A stretch of 64,000 nt of DNA, taken from NCBI RefSeq assembly GCF_009914755.1, contig NC_060944.1; one strand, written 5' to 3'. This document shows positions 56,620-64,000 of the stretch, piece after piece (position 1 is the stretch's first letter; every line of letters begins with the position of its first letter). The DNA is from the human T2T-CHM13v2.0 reference genome, Homo sapiens. Both the position numbers and the translations under genes were made by a program. The notes under the pieces were generated by a model. That model was not told where the DNA came from. It saw only the letters and a program-made list of their open reading frames with translations, and searched no databases.

Positions 56620-56825
56620 CATGCACACACACATGCAGAGTGCACACACACAATGAACACAAACAGTGAACACACAAAGTGAAGAGTGAACACACAGTGC
56701 ACACACACTGAATACACACACACTGAACACAGTGAACACACACACTGAATACACACACATTGAACACACAGTGAACACGCAGTGAACACACACACACTGA
56801 ACACACACACAGTGAACACACAGTA
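56620..56825. repeat. CA-rich low-complexity repeat (gtgaacacaca)
   Basis: Direct inspection. Confidence 0.85.
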
Positions 56826-56878
56826 AGCACAGACCCCAAGAGGAGCATGGAGGAAACGCACCAATATCAGGGGCTTGA

Positions 56879-57212
<334 letters not shown>

Positions 57213-57469
57213 TCTGTCATTTTCTCTTAAATAACTACTTGGTTCATCACAGAAATGCCGGTAAATGTAAGCTTAGTGCAATGGAGAGGTCTGACTACCT
57301 CACTTAAGCTTCAGGTTGTTTTCCTCGCACAACAGCAGTGCGGAGAAGCTCGCCGTGGTGGCGGTGACTCCAGGAAGTGCAGGTGGATGCACAGCCGTGG
57401 GGTGAGCCCGTGGGCTCCAGGTCCTCAGCCTACCGCCCAGGGGACGGGACGGGGGTGGTCTCAGCATAC

Positions 57470-57592
57470 CTGCCAGGTCCCGGGCGTACTGCTCCCGCGA
57501 GCGGTCCATCTGGCACTTGTGGCTGGCCAGCACCTTCTTCACCAGGTCCAGCATGCCGAAGTTCTGCACGATGTTGTTGAGAAGTACAGCAT
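57470..57592 (-). CDS. GMEB2: GMEB2 internal exon
   Basis: DAVLLNNIVQNFGMLDLVKKVL...YARDLA; 123 nt. Confidence 0.94.
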
Positions 57593-57603
57593 CTTAAAGG
57601 GTA

Positions 57604-57727
57604 ACGCGGACACTCAGTGAGAGCCCAAGCCCTTCCTAGAGAGCCACGCGGACGCTCGGTGAGAGCCCGGGACCTTCCTAGAGAGTCACGTGGACGCTCG
57701 GTGAGAGCCTGGGCTCTTCCTAGAGAG
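57604..57727. repeat. 42-bp tandem repeat x3 next to a GMEB2 acceptor
   Basis: Units start at 57604, 57646, 57688. Confidence 0.85.
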
Positions 57728-57980
57728 TGAGAACACCACCACTGAGGCTGCTCCTCAGGAACCCAGCCAGCCAGGAGCTCAGTTCAGAGGGAGAAGACTG
57801 AGATACATCAAGGCGATCCTCCCACCAAGTTCAGCCTCAGCACAGCAGGAGTCCCAAGCCTAGATTCAGCCTCCAACCCAGCAGCACAGAAGGGCCTAGG
57901 GGCAGGAGGGCCAGTGGCCTCACCTCCTGCAGAGACTCCTGGGCTGAGTAGCCAGCAAGAGGGAAGATGCAGCTTCTCAC

Positions 57981-58118
57981 CTCGAAGCTGCAGGGGAGGG
58001 TCCTGGACCCGCTGCTGCAGGCCTCTCATGGTCTCCACCAGCTCCTGGTGGAACTCCTGGATGACCTCGTCCAGCAGGCCGGCGTCCTTCAGCCCCCGCC
58101 AGAAGGTAAATGTGTCAT
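57981..58118 (-). CDS. GMEB2: GMEB2 internal exon
   Basis: DDTFTFWRGLKDAGLLDEVIQEF...PPLQLR; 138 nt. Confidence 0.94.
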
Positions 58119-58458
58119 CTGTGAGGGAAGGAGTGGGTTCAGTGGGCAGGGAAAGTGCTGCTACACGGGGCAGCCACCACAGCCACAAGGACATCACCAT
58201 AGCCACGAGGACACCATGCCAGAGCCGGCAGCGCCTGGCACTGTGCTGGGCTTGCACTGCCCAGACACATCCACAGTGCCAAAATCTAGCAGGTCAGCCT
58301 CAGAGCGCCCACGACAATGCTGCTGGAACCAGGCCTTTCTCCACAAAGACCCTGCCGGCCCCACCTGGACTCCTGGAGCCCCTGTGTGGCCCGAGGTGGG
58401 CAGAGACTCCACCACCCCGCCAGGGCTTGTGAGAAGCCCACAAGGAGGAACCTCGTAC

Positions 58459-58530
58459 CTCCAATGGCCGCGGTCCAGTCGCCAGGGTCTTCACAGGTCT
58501 CTATGGTGATGGTCGCAGGAGACCCATTCA
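58459..58530 (-). CDS. GMEB2: GMEB2 internal exon
   Basis: VNGSPATITIETCEDPGDWTAAIG; 72 nt. Confidence 0.92.
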
Positions 58531-59187
58531 CTGCAGCCGAAAGGGAACCTCGGGTGAGTGCTGTTTGGACCACAGTCCCACACCCCACATACCCTGTCCA
58601 CCCTCCTCACACCACCTTCTGAACCTTTCCATCTGTCTTCACAAAACTGACAAACACAGGATACGCACTAGTACAGCCAAAGTGTACCTGCCTTATATTT
58701 TATGGCTATTTTTAATCACAGACGTTGTCAAACATACAAAGGAGAAACAACGCAGAAACAAATCCCTTGAACCCGTCACCCAATTTCAGCAAATCCTCAA
58801 CACTTTCCTCCTCTTGTCCATTTACGATTGTACTCAACAAGCACTTTCGACTGGACCGTCAGGAGCGAGACAAGGTGATCCTTCTGCTTGACTTGTTTTC
58901 CCACCGAGAGCTCTGCGGCTGCGTCTGTCGCCCGTGGGGCTCGCCCTCACCTCGCCTCTTCAAGTGATGCTTCATTGAAGTCATCATAAATCTCAGTATC
59001 TATCATGTTTCCATTTTTCTACACCAGAACAAGTGGGGCTTTGAGAGACAGAAACCGTCCTGGCTCTTCCTGTGGGTCCCTCTCTCGCGCCTGCAGAACA
59101 CAACTGGGCGTGTCGTTCATATGTGGCCATTTTGGGCGTTGCTGATAGAGACTTTATACACAGATCTGGCTTAAAAAACAAACCCGG

Positions 59188-59580
<393 letters not shown>

Positions 59581-60196
59581 TTATTTGGGGCGTGAATGAG
59601 TCGTTTTTCCGAGTTGGGGCTGGCACAGCATCTTTTACTAACTGCACAGTAGCCAAGTCAATGGTTCTCAGAGATTGCAGGTTAAAGAACCCAAATCATC
59701 TTCAGAAGAGCTGAGCCTCAGCCTAGCTGTGAGGCACTGACTACAGGGCGTGGAAGGCCCAGTTCCTTCCCTGGCAGGCGGTCAGGCAGGGCCAACACTA
59801 ACGCGGTGGAGCCGCTGGGGAGGCCCTGGGGAGGACAGACAGGAGGCTGGGCTCTACCCAGCCCCTCTGACCACAGCAGCCCAAGTGTCCTGGGCTTCTC
59901 AGGACTCAGCACTGAACCTGCCAGGCTGCCCCAGCAGGACGTGGAAGGGGGCCCAGGAGAAGGGTGAGGCCTCCCTAGTGCCCTGGCCTCACTCTCCTAC
60001 CCAGCGGGACAGGACAGGACTCAACTGGGTCCCACCTGGGCCAACAACAAGGACGTCCCTGGGCACACAGGAACACAATCTGGCCAGCAATGCGGAGTGG
60101 CAGCTTAGGGACAATGCATGTGGCATTGCTGGAAACACATCACCAAAGACCACCCAGAGATGTGACCAGGGAGCCCAGGACCTAACTTCACTTTAA

Positions 60197-60482
<286 letters not shown>

Positions 60483-61057
60483 TAACTGTAGTTTTAAGAA
60501 AAATTTCTCTATTCATAAAGCTGGAAAGAATTCTAGGGAACAACCTCTCCACAGTTTAGAGCTACAGACACCAACGTGGAACAGTATCTAAAGCGTCACC
60601 CAAAAACCCAAGTGGCAGGAATACCTGCAGCAAGGCACCCAGCACGGAAGGCGGGAGCACAGGCGCGCAGTTCCGTAAACCGCCAGGTCAGGAGGGAAGC
60701 GGGTCCAGATTTGGGGCTGGGCCGTGGGGGTGGGAGGGAGGGGGCCGGGTGGGCGCCCAGGCACTCTCTGTTACTCGCTATACCCTTCCCCACACGTGAG
60801 TTATTATATTACAACCAAAATGGCTTAAAAAGAAAAGTGCTTCAATCTTCCTTGTCAATGAAAGCAGCAATTCTGCCAGATCTCCTCTGTGAGGCAGGAG
60901 GAGGCTGATCCCAGACAACTCAGGGTCCCAGGCAGGAGACCGGCAGTCCTGGCGTGAGCAAACGCCTGGGGCCAAGGAGGCCACCCAGGGGCATGTCACC
61001 CTCTGTGGCCATGGCCAGGGTGGGGCTGGGTCAGGACGAGCAGCCCTGTGCACCTAC

Positions 61058-61215
61058 CGTCGGCTGCGGCGGGCGTGAGGGGAATGTACTCGGCCGACGT
61101 GGGGCTGCTCAGGGACACACGGGCTCCTGAGAGGTCAATCTTTGTGCTGCGGCAGGTGTTGGAGCAGACCTTGTCATGCTGGTAGAAGTCCAGTTCCCCG
61201 GAGTCCATGATCTTC
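61058..61215 (-). CDS. GMEB2: GMEB2 internal exon (SAND C-terminus, Zn-binding region)
   Basis: KIMDSGELDFYQHDKVCSNTCRSTK; 158 nt. Confidence 0.95.
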
Positions 61216-62182
61216 CTGTGACAGACAGTGGCATGGAGCGTCCAGGTCGGCCCCAGAGCCGAAGGCACCTGGCCCGCCCACCCTGACCTGGGCCATCCAC
61301 CTGCGTGGGGCAGGCCTAGCAGAGGCGCTGGCAGCTCCACAGGGCAGGGTGGGCTCTACTTCCCTCTTAGCGCGAGCTCGGCGTGCAGGACCCTGCTGCT
61401 GAAGAAGCAGCCGGCCCAGGCCCACGCTACGGCACTGTCCCCAGGAAGGGGGCAAGCGCTGGCCAGTGGGTGTCCTGGAGGTGCCCGTCAGAGTCTGTGG
61501 GGCTGGGCCTTTCTGGGATGTCCCACTACCCCAGCCCCAAGGGAGTGACCCACAGCTAACAAAGGTGGGCCCAGTCCACCTGCATCATGCGTGACTCATT
61601 CTGAAGCAGAGGAAGGTGGGAAATCACTTCCAGGAGAACCTTCCTCCTTCTAAAGGCACAGAGACAGCCAAGAAGAGTGATGAGGGCGCAGGACAGCACC
61701 AACGGCCATGGCTGCCGCTCATCCTCATCTTTACCAGGAAGGCTTCGTACGGCCCAAACTGCTGAGAGCCGCCCTCCCAGGGCCCTCTCTTCTGCCTCTC
61801 CGGAGGTCCAGGGTCTCAGTCCTGTGTGTCTCAACGAGCCTGCCTCGACCCATGAAACGAGGGTCAGAGGCTCCAGCCTCATTCAATCTTTGGGCAGCAC
61901 TGACCTCAGGCACACACAGGCTAATGCTTCTGTGGTCAGCTCAGGACTTGCCTACCTGGCCGGTGGTCCCCACAGCTGTGCCACCAGCCACGTTCCAGAA
62001 AATCAGAGGCCAGTTCAGCTGGACAGGGAAAGGACCTGAGCCATGGGAAAGGACCCAGGGCTAGTCACTCGTGAGGTCTCAAACTCTGACTCCAGCACAA
62101 AGCAGGGGCCCTCCTTGGGAAGCAAGGTAGAGGCCAGGCCCACAAAGACTGAGACTGAGGCTTATGATTCACAGATAAGTGA

Positions 62183-62910
62183 AGGCCGGGCACGGTGGCT
62201 CATGCCTGGAATCCCAGCACTTTGGGAGGCTGAGGCAGGTCAATCACCTGAGGTCAAGTGTTCGAGACCAGCCTGGACAATATGGCGAAATCCCGTCTCT
62301 ACTAAAAATACAAAAATTAGCCGGGTGTGCTGGCGAGCACCTGTAAACCCAGCTACTGGGGAGGGTGAGGAAGAGAATCGCTTGAACCCAGGAGGCAGAG
62401 TTCGCAGTGAGCCAAGATCATGCCACTGCACTCCAGCCTGGGCAACAGAGCAAGACTCCCTCTCAAAAAAAAAGTGAAAGAAAGGACAGAAATAAGGAGT
62501 AACATAAAAGGCCAAAATCTGATGCACAAATACCAGATTATACCTTTCTTTTATTTTTTATTTTCAGAATGCATAATTGGAACAGACCCTTTTCTTTTCC
62601 TTTTTATTCTTGTTTTTTTTTTTTTTTGAGACAGAGTCTCACTCTGTAACCCAAGCTGTATTGCAGTGGCACAATCACAGCTCACTGCAGCCTTGACTTC
62701 CAGGCTCCAGTGATCCTTCCACCTTAGCCTCTCGAGCAGCTGGGACCACAGGCATATGTCACCAAATCCAGATAATTTTTTTTTTATTTTTAGTAGAGAT
62801 GAGGTCTCATTATTGTGCCCAGGCTGGTCTCAAACTCTTGGCGTCAAGTGATCCTCCTGCCTCAGCCTCCTAAAGTGTTGGGATTGCAGGTGTGAGCCAT
62901 GTGCCCAGCC
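62183..62910. mobile_element. Inverted Alu pair (62183-62473 +, 62610-62910 -)
   Basis: Alu consensus. Confidence 0.9.
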
Positions 62911-63204
62911 AACCCTTTATTTTACAACGCTGAAACAGTCACAAGTGCCTTCAGGTAAAGAATTGGTGGAAATTAAAATGACTGACAAAACAATTCTAAA
63001 AATCTGATAGTGTCCCTGTTGGCAGGAGTGTGGGAGACGGGTTTACAGTTTTGGGTGTGAGCAGGTGCAGCAGCCACCCGGGAGGTTGTCAGCACTCACC
63101 ACATCTAAAATACGCCTCATCTTCAAAATCCCAAAACCCCACAAGAAAGCAAGAGCTGCCAGGGCCCCTTCCAGCAGGGAGGCTGACCCTGCGCCAGCGC
63201 CCAC

Positions 63205-63308
63205 CTGAGCATGATGCCGTTCATGCGGATGGCTCTCTTCCAGTCCTTCAGGGTGGACTTCCCGGCCAGGTGCACAAATTCCTTTGGGCTGATTACATGC
63301 TCGTCGTA
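63205..63308 (-). CDS. GMEB2: GMEB2 internal exon (SAND/KDWK domain); upstream exons are outside the window
   Basis: YDEHVISPKEFVHLAGKSTLKDWKRAIRMNGIML; 104 nt. Confidence 0.96.
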
Positions 63309-63790
63309 CTGTGGGGGACACAGTCATGTGGGTCAAGCTTGGCCGGGACACCACATAGGGTGCCCCCATCTCCCATCCGACCCTGAGTCAGGCGCGCAAG
63401 GCAGGAAAAGCGCCACGGCACGGCTCTGACCGGTGCAGGCCTCCTACAGAGCATTCAGGTAAAACAAGGACATGACCCACAGGCACGGTGGCTGCAGTGG
63501 GGAGTGGTGTCTCCTCCAGCCCTGAGGGGGCAGAGCTGCTGTGTGCCTGGGGCTAGACAGGGCTGGGCTGACCACACCAGGTAGAAGGTGTGTGGCCTTC
63601 TCTTCCTCCAGGCAGACTAAGCAAACTGCTTCTGTGCAATGTATTTTATAAATACACGTTATTGCATACGTTACATCGCAGATGGCAACAGATGCCAGCA
63701 CATGGGTGGAGCTGTGAACGCCACCTTCCTCAGGTCCCTCCTGACACCACCTTGCCCCGTGCAGCAAACACCGGCACCTGCTCTCACTCT

Positions 63791-63791
<1 letters not shown>

Positions 63792-63821
<30 letters not shown>
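63792..63821. repeat. (CA)n microsatellite
   Basis: Direct inspection. Confidence 0.95.
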
Positions 63822-63823
<2 letters not shown>

Positions 63824-64000
63824 ATCTGTTTCTAAGCCAGGGGAACCCTCCTGCTTGCTAATTTCACCCATGTGGGAGCTCAGAGAAACTGAGAAGGTAA
63901 AATATCCTGTTCAATCTTGTTACACAAGCAATTATTGAAACCAAAAACTGGAATAAAACTGCATTTACTTAGAAAACAAGCAGGCTGGGGATGGAGGAGT

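Overview
GC-rich, Alu- and minisatellite-dense human genomic DNA, recognisable from the protein sequences as the PTK6-SRMS-FNDC11-HELZ2-GMEB2 cluster (subtelomeric 20q13.33). I rebuilt the exon structures by hand from GT/AG boundaries and reading-frame phase. PTK6: coding exon 1 only (minus strand). SRMS: complete, 8 exons, 1467 nt = 488 aa (minus). FNDC11/C20orf195: single coding exon, 318 aa (plus). HELZ2: 1 non-coding + 19 coding exons, 8691 nt = 2896 aa if translation starts at a GUG at 38575 (minus). GMEB2: last six coding exons plus 3' UTR (minus). I see no evidence for a new protein-coding gene or CRISPR-type system; the other long ORFs are minisatellite or GC-rich antisense shadows. 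The most unusual structures are: (i) a 294-bp ungapped inverted repeat whose second arm sits inside a minisatellite grown out of a MER21 LTR, with a ~98% identical inner part and a ~82% identical outer part; (ii) a 57-bp tandem duplication of the HELZ2 exon 17 3' end and splice donor, creating a second donor that would add a stop codon; (iii) a HELZ2 last intron that is almost entirely an AG-free, branch-point-rich minisatellite; (iv) non-AUG initiation of HELZ2 (already known); (v) a perfectly duplicated 26-mer in the FNDC11 promoter. Repeat coordinates and subfamily names are approximate and assigned by eye.
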